A DNA stretch of 57,450 nucleotides from a bacterium (lineage in GTDB: Bacteria > Patescibacteriota > Patescibacteriia > S139-126): positions 1 to 57,450 of the forward strand of contig DAOUWZ010000004.1 in NCBI GenBank assembly GCA_030666865.1, given 5' to 3'. Within the stretch, counting starts at the first letter, position 1. Each line of letters begins with the position of its first letter. Shown here piece by piece: positions 44,245-53,151 of the stretch. A program made the translations under genes and the position numbers. The notes beneath the pieces were generated by a model. The model was not told the DNA's origin, did not search any database, and saw only the letters and a program-made list of their open reading frames with translations.

Positions 44245-44790
44245 ATGAGTAGAATAGCAAAAAAACCAATAGAAATTCCAAACGGAGTAACTTTTGTAGT
44301 TAGTGAAGGAAACTATGAAGTCAAAGGTCCAAAAGGCGAGTTAATTATGAAGAAGGTACCTATGGTTATGATTGATCAGAAAGATAATCAAATAATTACA
44401 AGCATTAAAGATGAAGAAAATGGTGAACAAAAGGCTTTTTGGGGAACTGCCACTAGAGTTATTCAGAATATGTTGATTGGAGTAAGTGAAGGTTTTGTTA
44501 AAAAGCTTGAAATTAATGGTGTTGGTTATAAAGCAGAAATGAAAGGGAAGGAACTAGAATTGAATGTTGGTTATTCACATTCAATTTTATTCCCAGAGAC
44601 ATCCGGAGTATCTATTCAAGTAGAGAAAAATATTATAACTATTTCTGGTATTGATAAAGTACTAGTTGGACAAGTAGCTGCTAATATAAGAAAAATAAGA
44701 AAGCCTGAGCCTTACAAAGGTAAAGGAATTAAATATATTGACGAAGTTATTAGAAGAAAAGAAGGTAAACAAGTTAAGGCAGGTAGTTAA
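44245..44790 (+). CDS. rplF: 50S ribosomal protein L6
   Basis: [15 protein letters not shown]. Confidence 0.97.
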   Translation: MSRIAKKPIEIPNGVTFVVSEGNYEVKGPKGELIMKKVPMVMIDQKDNQIITSIKDEENGEQKAFWGTATRVIQNMLIGVSEGFVKKLEINGVGYKAEMKGKELELNVGYSHSILFPETSGVSIQVEKNIITISGIDKVLVGQVAANIRKIRKPEPYKGKGIKYIDEVIRRKEGKQVKAGS

Positions 44791-44800
44791 ATATAAATTT

Positions 44801-45154
44801 ATGATAAGTATTAAGAAAAAAAGAGAATTAAAACAACGGAGACATGATCGAGTTAGGTCTAAGGTTAGCGGAACTTCTGTTAGGCCACGTTTGAGTGTTT
44901 TTAGAAGTTTAAATCATATTCAAGCACAGCTCATTGATGATATTGCTGGCAAAACTTTATTAGCTGTTTCAGATAAAGGAGAAAAAGGTAATAAAAATAA
45001 ATCAGATAAAGCGAGAGCGGTTGGTAAAAAAATCGCAGAATTAGCAGCTAAACAAAATATCAATGAAGTTGTTTTTGATGCAGGCGGATATAAATATCAC
45101 GGACGGGTAAAAGCTTTGGCTGACGCTGCCAGAGAAACTGGATTAAAATTTTAA
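44801..45154 (+). CDS. rplR: 50S ribosomal protein L18
   Basis: ATG at 44801 ([23 protein letters not shown]). The track start at 44738 overlaps rplF. Confidence 0.95.
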   Translation: MISIKKKRELKQRRHDRVRSKVSGTSVRPRLSVFRSLNHIQAQLIDDIAGKTLLAVSDKGEKGNKNKSDKARAVGKKIAELAAKQNINEVVFDAGGYKYHGRVKALADAARETGLKF

Positions 45155-45158
45155 TTTT

Positions 45159-45665
45159 ATGAATAAAGATAACAGAAAAAAGAATACTACAAGATCAAGC
45201 AATAGGCCAGTAGACGAGTTTGAGCAAGAGATAATAGATTTAGCTCGGGTTACTAGGGTAATGGCTGGAGGTAAAAGAATGAGATTTAGAGCTTGTGTTG
45301 TTATTGGTGATCATAAAGGTAAAATAGGGTATGCGGTCGCCAAAGGAGCTGACGTAGCTATTGCTATCAACAAGGCAGTAACTAAAGCTAAGAAAAATAT
45401 GTTGGAGTTAAATTTTTATAATGACACCATCCAACATGAAGTAAGATCCAAGTTTAAAGCAGCTGAAATTTTGATAAAGCCAGCTCCAACTGGTACAGGT
45501 ATTATTGCGGGTGGAGCGGTTCGTAAAGTTTTGGAATTGACCGGTGTACCAAATATTGTTGCAAAAATATTGGGATCAAATAATAAAATAAATAATGTTA
45601 AAGCAACTTTCCGGGCTCTGTCTAGTTTAATAACTGAATCAGGAAATAGAAAATTAAAATCATAA
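45159..45665 (+). CDS. rpsE: 30S ribosomal protein S5
   Basis: VTRVMAGGKRMRFRACVVIGDHKGKIGYAVAKG. Confidence 0.97.
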   Translation: MNKDNRKKNTTRSSNRPVDEFEQEIIDLARVTRVMAGGKRMRFRACVVIGDHKGKIGYAVAKGADVAIAINKAVTKAKKNMLELNFYNDTIQHEVRSKFKAAEILIKPAPTGTGIIAGGAVRKVLELTGVPNIVAKILGSNNKINNVKATFRALSSLITESGNRKLKS

Positions 45666-45679
45666 AGTAACAGAATAGT

Positions 45680-46147
45680 ATGTTGAGTTTAAATAATCTA
45701 CAATCAAGTAAGAAGAAAAAAACCAAACGTGTTGGTCGTGGTAGTGCTAGTAGTGGTGATTATTCTGGAAAAGGAATGAAGGGTCAAAAATCCAGAAGCG
45801 GCGTTTCTGGTTTGAAAAAAAGAGGAATGAAATCTTGGTTAATGAAGGTGCCAAAATCAAGAGGTTTTACTAGTCCTCATAAACCAAAAGAAAATGTTAA
45901 TCTTGATGACTTAAATAATAATTTTTTAGATGGCAATGAAGTAACTCCATTTATTTTGCAAACCAAAGGTTTGGTTGACGATTATCGTAGGGGAGTTAAA
46001 ATATTAGGTGACGGGAAGTTAAAAAAGAAATTAATAATAAAAGTTCACGGGGTGAGCGCTTCAGCTAAAGAAGCAATCACTAAAGCTGGCGGCAGTATTG
46101 AATTAATAAAAAAAGTAAAACCAGTTAAACCTCCGTACAAAGCCTAA
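45680..46147 (+). CDS. rplO: 50S ribosomal protein L15
   Basis: KRVGRGSASSGDYSGKGMKGQKSRSG. It follows rpsE directly, with no L30 gene between them. Confidence 0.95.
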   Translation: MLSLNNLQSSKKKKTKRVGRGSASSGDYSGKGMKGQKSRSGVSGLKKRGMKSWLMKVPKSRGFTSPHKPKENVNLDDLNNNFLDGNEVTPFILQTKGLVDDYRRGVKILGDGKLKKKLIIKVHGVSASAKEAITKAGGSIELIKKVKPVKPPYKA

Positions 46148-46155
46148 GAAAACAA

Positions 46156-47439
46156 ATGGAATGGATAAAAAAAATTAGTCAAATTTGGAAAACAAAGGAT
46201 ATTCGCAATGACATCCTATTTGTATTGATGGTGTTAATTATTTTCAGAATTGGAGCACATATTCCTATTCCCGGAGTGGATGTTTCAGGTTTGAAAGATT
46301 TTTTTGCATCAAATCAAATGTTAGGATTACTCAATCTTTTTTCTGGCGGAGGATTGGAAAATTTTTCTATTATGATGCTAGGTGTTGGTCCTTATATTAC
46401 TTCTTCAATTATTTTTCAGCTCTTAGTAATGATTATTCCAAAATTGGAAGAATTATCAAAAGAAGGAGAGGCTGGCCAAAGAAAAATAAATCAATATACC
46501 AGATGGGCTACCGTACCATTGGCTATGTTGCAAGGATATGGTTTTATTACATTATTTCAGAATCAAGGCGGATATAAAATATTAGGTGAATTAACGTCAT
46601 TTCAATATATAATTGCTATAGCGACAGTAACTGCTGGTACTATGTTTTTAACTTGGTTAGGAGAATTAATTTCTGAAAGACGATTGGGTAATGGTATTTC
46701 ATTATTGATTTTTGCGGGTATTGTAGCAGGACTGCCAACTACAATACAACAGACTTTTTTAGCATTTGATAAAACTCAGATAACCTCAATGGTACTTTTT
46801 GGAGTTATTGCTATAGTCACAGTTATTGGAGTTGTATTTATTACTGAAGGTCAAAGAAATATTCCAGTTTCATATGCCAGGCGGGTTCAAGGATCAAAGA
46901 TGCATGGCGGAACAAATACTCATTTACCTCTTAGGGTGAATCAAGGCGGAGTAATTCCTATCATTTTTGCTATTTCTGTAATATTAGTACCGCCAATGAT
47001 AGCGCAGTTTTTTACTAGAGCTAGTAGCGTTTGGCTAGCGGGTGGAGCTGATTTCGTTATTAATATGTTTAATAATCAAATTTTTTATGGAGTATTTTAT
47101 TTTGTTTTGGTTGTTGCCTTTACATACTTTTATTCAGCAGTAGTTTTTAAGCCAGAACAAATAGCAGAAAATTTACAAAAGCAAGGTGGTTTTATTCCTG
47201 GAATCAGGCCAGGCAGACCAACTATTGATTATTTACAGAATACTGTTTTCAGGATTAATTTAACTGGTTCTTTATTTTTAGGTTTGATTGCTGTATTACC
47301 ACTTATTTTGCGCGCTTATACTGGTGTTAATACTTTGGTGATTGGCGGTACATCCCTTTTGATTGTAGTCTCAGTGGTTATTGAAACAGTCAAAAAAGTT
47401 GAGGCTCAAATGCAAGTGCATGAGTATGATGCATATTAA
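46156..47439 (+). CDS. secY: Preprotein translocase subunit SecY
   Basis: 10-TM SecY pattern (GVGPYITSSIIFQL, GGFIPGIRPG). Confidence 0.97.
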   Translation: MEWIKKISQIWKTKDIRNDILFVLMVLIIFRIGAHIPIPGVDVSGLKDFFASNQMLGLLNLFSGGGLENFSIMMLGVGPYITSSIIFQLLVMIIPKLEELSKEGEAGQRKINQYTRWATVPLAMLQGYGFITLFQNQGGYKILGELTSFQYIIAIATVTAGTMFLTWLGELISERRLGNGISLLIFAGIVAGLPTTIQQTFLAFDKTQITSMVLFGVIAIVTVIGVVFITEGQRNIPVSYARRVQGSKMHGGTNTHLPLRVNQGGVIPIIFAISVILVPPMIAQFFTRASSVWLAGGADFVINMFNNQIFYGVFYFVLVVAFTYFYSAVVFKPEQIAENLQKQGGFIPGIRPGRPTIDYLQNTVFRINLTGSLFLGLIAVLPLILRAYTGVNTLVIGGTSLLIVVSVVIETVKKVEAQMQVHEYDAY

Positions 47440-47644
47440 TAGCATGAAATTCTAAATACAAATTTTTAAATCCTAAACAAATTTTAAATAGCAAATCCAA
47501 ATTACCAAAATAATTTCGGATTTAAAGCATTTGAATTTTGGTATTGTTTAAAATTTAGTATTTCTCATTTTGGATTTATTATTAATTTATTTGAGCGTGT
47601 CAAAAAACAAGATTTTTAAGTTGATTAGTATTTAGGTAATGTTT

Positions 47645-47675
47645 CCCGCAATTAAGGCGGGTTTGTTTATTTTTT
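47645..47675 (+). terminator. Intrinsic terminator candidate after secY
   Basis: CCCGC-loop-GCGGG followed by TTTGTTTATTTTTT. Confidence 0.6.
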
Positions 47676-47723
47676 GCCAAAATTGAGATAGAATAATAAT
47701 AAGATAATAATTTATAGTTTTTT

Positions 47724-48407
47724 ATGCAAAAAGGAAAAAATTTAAAAATAATTATTGTTGGGCCACAAGGATCTGGCAAAGGTACGCAAGCGGAAATGAT
47801 TGCAACTGAATATAAAATTGCTAACATCTCAACCGGAGTAATGTTCAGGGAAGCAATCAAAAATCAAACCGATCTTGGTCGGGCGGTTCAGAGCATTATG
47901 ATGCAAGGTGATTTGGTTCCAGATAAATTAACTAATGAGTTGATTAAAGAAAGATTGGGTAAAAGCGATTGCAAAAAAGGATTTATTTTAGATGGTTATC
48001 CTCGTAATTTAGCGCAGGCTGAATATTTGTTAGCCATTCATAATATTAGTCATATTTTTGAAATTTGGGTATCAGACAAAGAAGCAATAAAGAGAATTTC
48101 GGGTAGAAGAATGTGTAGCTGTGGCATGACTTATCATTTGGAATATAATCCACCAAAAATAGCTGGTGTTTGTGATAGATGTGATGGTAGATTATTTTTA
48201 AGAGATGATGATACAGAAGAAGCGGTTAAGCAACGATTAAAGATTTATCATCAGGAAACAGAATCAATTATTAGTTTTTTTGAGAAAAAAGGAATACATT
48301 ATCGAATTAACGGAGAACAAAAAATTCCAAATGTATATAAAGATGTAAATAAAATATTAAATAAAATATTAAATGACAATAAGAAAAAAAAGCAAACAAG
48401 ATATTGA
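47724..48407 (+). CDS. adk: Adenylate kinase (zinc-lid type)
   Basis: GPQGSGKGTQ with lid CSCG...CDRCDG. Confidence 0.95.
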   Translation: MQKGKNLKIIIVGPQGSGKGTQAEMIATEYKIANISTGVMFREAIKNQTDLGRAVQSIMMQGDLVPDKLTNELIKERLGKSDCKKGFILDGYPRNLAQAEYLLAIHNISHIFEIWVSDKEAIKRISGRRMCSCGMTYHLEYNPPKIAGVCDRCDGRLFLRDDDTEEAVKQRLKIYHQETESIISFFEKKGIHYRINGEQKIPNVYKDVNKILNKILNDNKKKKQTRY

Positions 48408-49128
48408 AAATTTAAAACTCGGAGGTAAATTATTATCTGAAACTTTGTTTGAAGTAGCGGAAATAATAAAGCCGGGCATTAGCACTAAAGAATTGAATTT
48501 GAAAGCTGAAGAGTTTATTTTACAAAAAGGTGCTAAACCTTCTTTTAAGGGTTTTGACGGGTTTCCAGCAGCTCTTTGTACTTCAGTAAATGAGCAATTG
48601 GTTCATGGTATACCCACGGATTATAGATTGAAGGAAGGTGACATAATCGGGATTGATTGCGGGTTATGGTATAAGGGATTATGCACTGATATGGCGCTGA
48701 CTGTACCAGTTGGAAAGATTGATAAGGATAGTCAAGATTTAATAGATGTTACTAAGACTTCTTTGGATATTGGTTTGGAAATGATAAAGCCTGGTAATAC
48801 CATAGGTGATTATGGTTTCGCTGTACAAAAATTTGTAGAGAACAAAAATTTAACTATTATCAGAGGTTTAGTTGGTCATGGAGTTGGTTATGAAGTTCAT
48901 GAACCACCACAAATTCCGAATTTTGGCGAACAAGGCAAAGGATTGGTATTTGAGTCTGGGATGGTAATAGCTTTAGAGCCAATGGCATCTCGTGGTGATT
49001 ATAATATTATTACAGCTGACGATGGTTGGACTATTTCAATGGCTGATGGTTCTAGGTCAGCTCATTTTGAGGTTACTCTAGCATTAACTGATGACGGATA
49101 TGAAATTATTACTCCTAAAATTTGGTGA
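48373..49128 (+). CDS. map: Type I methionine aminopeptidase
   Basis: Metal ligands in DIIGIDCG, GHGVG and the LEP...E context. Overlaps adk by 35 nt. Confidence 0.95.
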   Translation: MTIRKKSKQDIENLKLGGKLLSETLFEVAEIIKPGISTKELNLKAEEFILQKGAKPSFKGFDGFPAALCTSVNEQLVHGIPTDYRLKEGDIIGIDCGLWYKGLCTDMALTVPVGKIDKDSQDLIDVTKTSLDIGLEMIKPGNTIGDYGFAVQKFVENKNLTIIRGLVGHGVGYEVHEPPQIPNFGEQGKGLVFESGMVIALEPMASRGDYNIITADDGWTISMADGSRSAHFEVTLALTDDGYEIITPKIW

Positions 49129-49146
49129 GTTAGTGTTTAGTTGTTA

Positions 49147-49206
49147 CCTGCCTGCTCCTCGAGTCTGAGCCCGAGGCTCACCTTAGAGCGATGACCGGTA
49201 GGCAGG
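49147..49206. repeat. P1-like stem (CCTGCCTGC/ACCGGTAGGCAGG) enclosing a ~40-nt loop that carries its own hairpin
   Basis: CCTGCCTGC-TCCTCGAGTCTGAGCCCGAGGCTCACCTTAGAGCGATG-ACCGGTAGGCAGG. Confidence 0.7.
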
Positions 49207-49297
49207 GATTGTAGTTTTTAGATAGTGGTAGTTTATTTACCTCGCCATTAAACAAGTAATCACTAAAAATTACAAACTAATACCTAAAAACTAGTTT

Positions 49298-49681
49298 ATG
49301 AAATTATTAGGAATAGATTATGGGCAAAAAAAAGTTGGTTTGAGTTTATCCTCGGGTAGAGTGGCTATGCCATGGAAAGTCTTGAAAGATTTTAATAGTG
49401 AATTGGATTTAATTAATCAGATAAAAGAGATAGTTGAGATTGAGAGCATAGAAAAAATCATTATCGGATTACCAGTTGGTCTGAACAATCAAGAAACTAC
49501 TCAAACTGAAATAGTAAAAAAATTTATTAATTTGTTGAATAACAGTTTTGATATTCCAATAATGCCTGAGGATGAACGTTTGACCTCAAGTATGACCAAG
49601 CATCAGGAAATTTCAGGTAGTGATGACGCTCAGGCAGCTGCTAATATTTTGCAGCTTTATTTAGATAAAAATTTTAAATAA
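49298..49681 (+). CDS. ruvX: Holliday-junction-resolvase-like YqgF/RuvX
   Basis: LLGIDYGQKKVGLS...DERLTS. Confidence 0.85.
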   Translation: MKLLGIDYGQKKVGLSLSSGRVAMPWKVLKDFNSELDLINQIKEIVEIESIEKIIIGLPVGLNNQETTQTEIVKKFINLLNNSFDIPIMPEDERLTSSMTKHQEISGSDDAQAAANILQLYLDKNFK

Positions 49682-49683
49682 AC

Positions 49684-50871
49684 ATGGAAATAAATCAGAC
49701 AATTTGGTTTTATATTTTGCCATTTGTTTTTTCATTTATTTTAATCCATCCTATAACTTGGTTGGTAAGGAAAGTAGCGTTAAGATATCAGATAATGGAT
49801 ATTGCGAATGTTTCTAGGAAAATTCAAAGGTCGCCTGTTCCTTTACTTGGCGGTTTGGCGATTTTTATATCCTTATTTATTGCTATGGCTGTTTTTTATA
49901 AATTTGGTTTTTTAACAGATAGTAAGATTCAGCCAATATGTTTGTTAGGAATTGTATTAGCTTCATTATTGTTGGTTATTGGCGGAGTACTTGATGATAA
50001 ATACAGTCTAAGTCCAACCAAACAGTTTATTTGGCCAATCATGGCTTGTTTATTAGTTTTATTATTTGGTTTAAAAGTGAGTTTCATAACCAATCCATTT
50101 GGCGGTATTTTATATATGGATAATTGGCAATTGAATATATTTGGTGTCATGCTATATCCCTTAGCTCAAGGTTTGGCTTTTTTTTGGCTTTTGGGAATGA
50201 TATATACTACTAAGTTTTTAGATGGACTTGATGGTTTGGTTTCAGGTATAGCTACTATAGGCGCGATTGTGATTTTTATCGTGTCACTGTCATGGGACAT
50301 TCCTTTTTCAGGAACTTCAGTTTTTGCTTTAATAATAGGGGGTTTATTTGCTGGATTTTTAATTTGGAATATTTTTCCTGCTAAAATATTTTTGGGAGAA
50401 GCTGGGGCTACTTTAGCCGGTTTTTTATTGGGAGTAGCTGCTATTATTTCCGGAAGTAAAATTACTACAACCCTGCTTGTTATGGGATTGCCAATTTTAG
50501 ATGTAGTTTGGGTAATATTTCGTAGAGTATTTTTGGAAAGAAAATCGCCTACTCACGGTGATCGGAAGCATTTACATTTTAGGTTGCTTGATTCAGGTCT
50601 TTCTCACACTCAAGCGGTTTTGGTTTTATATTTTTTTGCAGCCGTGTTTGGCTCTTTGTCGCTTTTTAATACTAGTCAAGGTAAATTGATATTACTTATC
50701 GTGTTGGTATTGAGTATGATTATTCTTGGTTTTTATTTGGTAAAAAATTATCATCTTGTCACCTCGTCATCTTATCACTCTACGAGTGATATTCTAGACA
50801 TAGATGAGGATATTTCAAAAAGAGAAGCAAAAAAATCGAGGAATGAAAAATTAAATAAGTCAGATGAATAG
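49684..50871 (+). CDS. Polyprenyl-phosphate N-acetylhexosamine-1-phosphate transferase (MraY/WecA family, WecA/TagO-like)
   Basis: Multi-TM protein with LDDKYSL, KFLDGLDGLVSG and IFLGEAGA. It lacks the MraY HHH motif and has a charged C-terminal tail. Confidence 0.75.
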   Translation: MEINQTIWFYILPFVFSFILIHPITWLVRKVALRYQIMDIANVSRKIQRSPVPLLGGLAIFISLFIAMAVFYKFGFLTDSKIQPICLLGIVLASLLLVIGGVLDDKYSLSPTKQFIWPIMACLLVLLFGLKVSFITNPFGGILYMDNWQLNIFGVMLYPLAQGLAFFWLLGMIYTTKFLDGLDGLVSGIATIGAIVIFIVSLSWDIPFSGTSVFALIIGGLFAGFLIWNIFPAKIFLGEAGATLAGFLLGVAAIISGSKITTTLLVMGLPILDVVWVIFRRVFLERKSPTHGDRKHLHFRLLDSGLSHTQAVLVLYFFAAVFGSLSLFNTSQGKLILLIVLVLSMIILGFYLVKNYHLVTSSSYHSTSDILDIDEDISKREAKKSRNEKLNKSDE

Positions 50872-51325
50872 AATTTTTATTGTGATATTTTGTTTATTTT
50901 TGCTTAATGGTTGTACTGCCAAGATAGATGTTTCTGATAAGAGAGAGTCTGAAGTTTTATTTCCAAAAAAATTGATTATAAATAACAAAACAATCAGTGT
51001 TGATTTAGCCACCACTAGAGATGAACAAGCAACTGGACTAGCTGGAAAATCCGAGTTAGCTGATGATTATGGCTTGCTGTTTTTGTTTGATAATAAGCGG
51101 ATTAGAAATTTTTGGATGAAGGGAATGATAGTGCCAATTGATATTATTTGGATAAATGATAATGAAATAGCATATATTACGGAAAAAGTGTCTTTAACAG
51201 CGAAAGGAGAGCCTCATCAACTATATTCGTCTAGCAAGTCTGTTGATAAAGTTTTAGAGGTTAAAGCTGGTTTAGTTGAACAGAATGGATGGACGATTGG
51301 AGATAAAATTCAATATATTGAGTAA
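50864..51325 (+). CDS. DUF192-family lipoprotein
   Basis: Lipobox LLNGC. GLLFLF....FWMKGMIVPIDIIWI matches the DUF192 pattern. Confidence 0.65.
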   Translation: MNRIFIVIFCLFLLNGCTAKIDVSDKRESEVLFPKKLIINNKTISVDLATTRDEQATGLAGKSELADDYGLLFLFDNKRIRNFWMKGMIVPIDIIWINDNEIAYITEKVSLTAKGEPHQLYSSSKSVDKVLEVKAGLVEQNGWTIGDKIQYIE

Positions 51326-51334
51326 ATATCAGTC

Positions 51335-51363
51335 TTGACATTAGGTCAATAATCATATAATAT
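51335..51363 (+). promoter_or_regulatory. Sigma70 promoter candidate for rplU (TTGACA-N17-TAATAT or N15-TATAAT)
   Basis: TTGACA at 51335-51340. Confidence 0.5.
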
Positions 51364-51399
51364 ATTTATACTGTGTATTAATATTAAAAGATAGAAAAT

Positions 51400-51717
51400 A
51401 TGTCATTTGCAGTAATAAAAACAGGTGGAAAACAATATTTAGTAGAAGAAAAATCTAAAATTAAAATTGAGAAATTAGCTGTAGAGGAAGGCGCCAAAGT
51501 GACTTTTTCCGAAGTCTTACTTGCTGCTGATGAAAAGGGAAATGTAAATTTAGGCACCCCATTTTTGAAAGATGTTTCTGTTGAAGCAACCGTTATAGTT
51601 CAAACAAAGGCTAAAAAAGTAACTGGCGTGCATTATAAGCCAAAAACTAGGAACAAAAAAAAATTCGGACACCGACAAAATTTTACCGAAGTGGAAATAG
51701 TCAGTTTATCTATATAG
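51400..51717 (+). CDS. rplU: 50S ribosomal protein L21
   Basis: FAVIKTGGKQYLV. No rpmA follows it. Confidence 0.93.
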   Translation: MSFAVIKTGGKQYLVEEKSKIKIEKLAVEEGAKVTFSEVLLAADEKGNVNLGTPFLKDVSVEATVIVQTKAKKVTGVHYKPKTRNKKKFGHRQNFTEVEIVSLSI

Positions 51718-51751
51718 AATTTGATTATTTATTAGAATTTATTCAAAAAGT

Positions 51752-51779
51752 CCACTTTGTTTTATCAAGGTGGTTTTTT
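51752..51779 (+). terminator. Intrinsic terminator after rplU
   Basis: CCACTTTG-loop-CAAGGTGG followed by TTTTTT. Confidence 0.7.
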
Positions 51780-51876
51780 GATTTACGATTTAAGAAATAA
51801 TAAGTTTTAATTTGATTTATTCATAAATCTTAAATCATAATTCTTTTAATATTATTTTTTGTAAAATAATATTAAA

Positions 51877-52482
51877 CTATATTTCCCGGCGATTATTAAT
51901 AGCTTCGGTTAAGGTTATCTCATCCGCATATTCTAGATTGGCTCCTACTGGCAGACCCCTGGCTAACCTGGTAATTTTTATATTTAATGGTTTGAGTATT
52001 TTTGTAAGATAGAGCACAGTTGTTTCACCATTCATATCTGGATTGAAAGCCAATATTACTTCTTTAATATGGGTGTTTGACTGTTTGATTCTATTTATTA
52101 GTCCAGGAATTTTAATGTGATCAGGGCCAAAACCTTCTAATGGTTCAAGCATTCCATTAAGTATATAATACACTCCTTGAAAGTTATGCGTTTTTTCAAT
52201 TGCGCCTAAATCTTGATGATTTGAAATAATACATAGTATTGAACCATTTCTTTTGGTGTCATTACATATTTCGCAAGGATTAATTTCTGAGAAGTTATTG
52301 CATAAATTACATTTGGTGATTTTATCTTTAACGTGCAGTAAATTTTGAGAAAATTCTTCAATATCTTTATTTGATTTTTTTAACAAATGAAAAACCAACC
52401 TCTCGGCAGTTTTTGGTCCGATAGTTGGCAGGTGAGCAAATGATTCAATTAGTTTTTCAATTGGTTGAGGATAATTAGTCAT
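51877..52482 (-). CDS. recR: Recombination protein RecR
   Basis: HhH N-terminus, zinc finger CNLCNNFSEINPCEIC and Toprim domain. Confidence 0.93.
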   Translation of the reverse strand: MTNYPQPIEKLIESFAHLPTIGPKTAERLVFHLLKKSNKDIEEFSQNLLHVKDKITKCNLCNNFSEINPCEICNDTKRNGSILCIISNHQDLGAIEKTHNFQGVYYILNGMLEPLEGFGPDHIKIPGLINRIKQSNTHIKEVILAFNPDMNGETTVLYLTKILKPLNIKITRLARGLPVGANLEYADEITLTEAINNRREI

Positions 52483-52754
52483 AAGAAAGTATTATGTATC
52501 AAGTATTATGTATTAAGTATTAATACAAAAATCAAAAGTTTGGTACAATATTAATAATTTCTAATTACTCTAATTATATTAATTTCTAACTAAATCCCAA
52601 ATAATAAAAGTTTTTTAAGTTTTTAGTCATTGCAAATTAATTGGTATTTGTTTAGGTCAATTAGGTTAATTAGAAATTAGGCTAATTATTTTTGTTTTAT
52701 ATTTTACATTATCAATTATCATTTTGATTTTTGAATTATATCTAACACTTAATA

Positions 52755-53051
52755 CTAGTTAATTCCCGGCAGGCTCATGCCTGAATCTTTTATTTTTGCA
52801 GCCATAATTTTGTGAACTTTTTTTATAGCATGTTCGTGAGTTCTGATAATATTTTTTTCCAAATCAGATTTTTTGTTGGGGGATAGCAATTCTTCTTTAA
52901 TGTTAATATTTTTTATTTTTTGATTACCATCCATAGTAATACTTACTCCTCTGTGATCAACTGTAAACTCTTCTTCTGATAATGAATTTTGCATTTGCTT
53001 AGCTTGAGTTCTAAGCTCTTTGATTTGTTTTAGTTTGGAAAATGAAGGCAT
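52755..53051 (-). CDS. ybaB: YbaB/EbfC-family nucleoid-associated protein
   Basis: Size, the QAKQMQ..L helix pattern, and a position next to recR. Confidence 0.8.
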   Translation of the reverse strand: MPSFSKLKQIKELRTQAKQMQNSLSEEEFTVDHRGVSITMDGNQKIKNINIKEELLSPNKKSDLEKNIIRTHEHAIKKVHKIMAAKIKDSGMSLPGIN

Positions 53052-53056
53052 AGATT

Positions 53057-53116
53057 AGTTGTTAGTGATTAGGTTATAGTTGTTAGTGATTAGGTTATAG
53101 TTGTTAGTGATTAGGA
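53057..53116 (-). repeat. 21-bp tandem repeat (2.9 copies), part of an SR-like element between dnaB and ybaB
   Basis: AGTTGTTAGTGATTAGGTTAT occurs twice, followed by an 18-nt partial copy. The complementary G-poor arm (ACCTATCACCTACAACCTATAACC) follows at 53129-53152. Confidence 0.9.
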
Positions 53117-53151
53117 ATTTTATCTAAAACCTATCACCTACAACCTATAAC

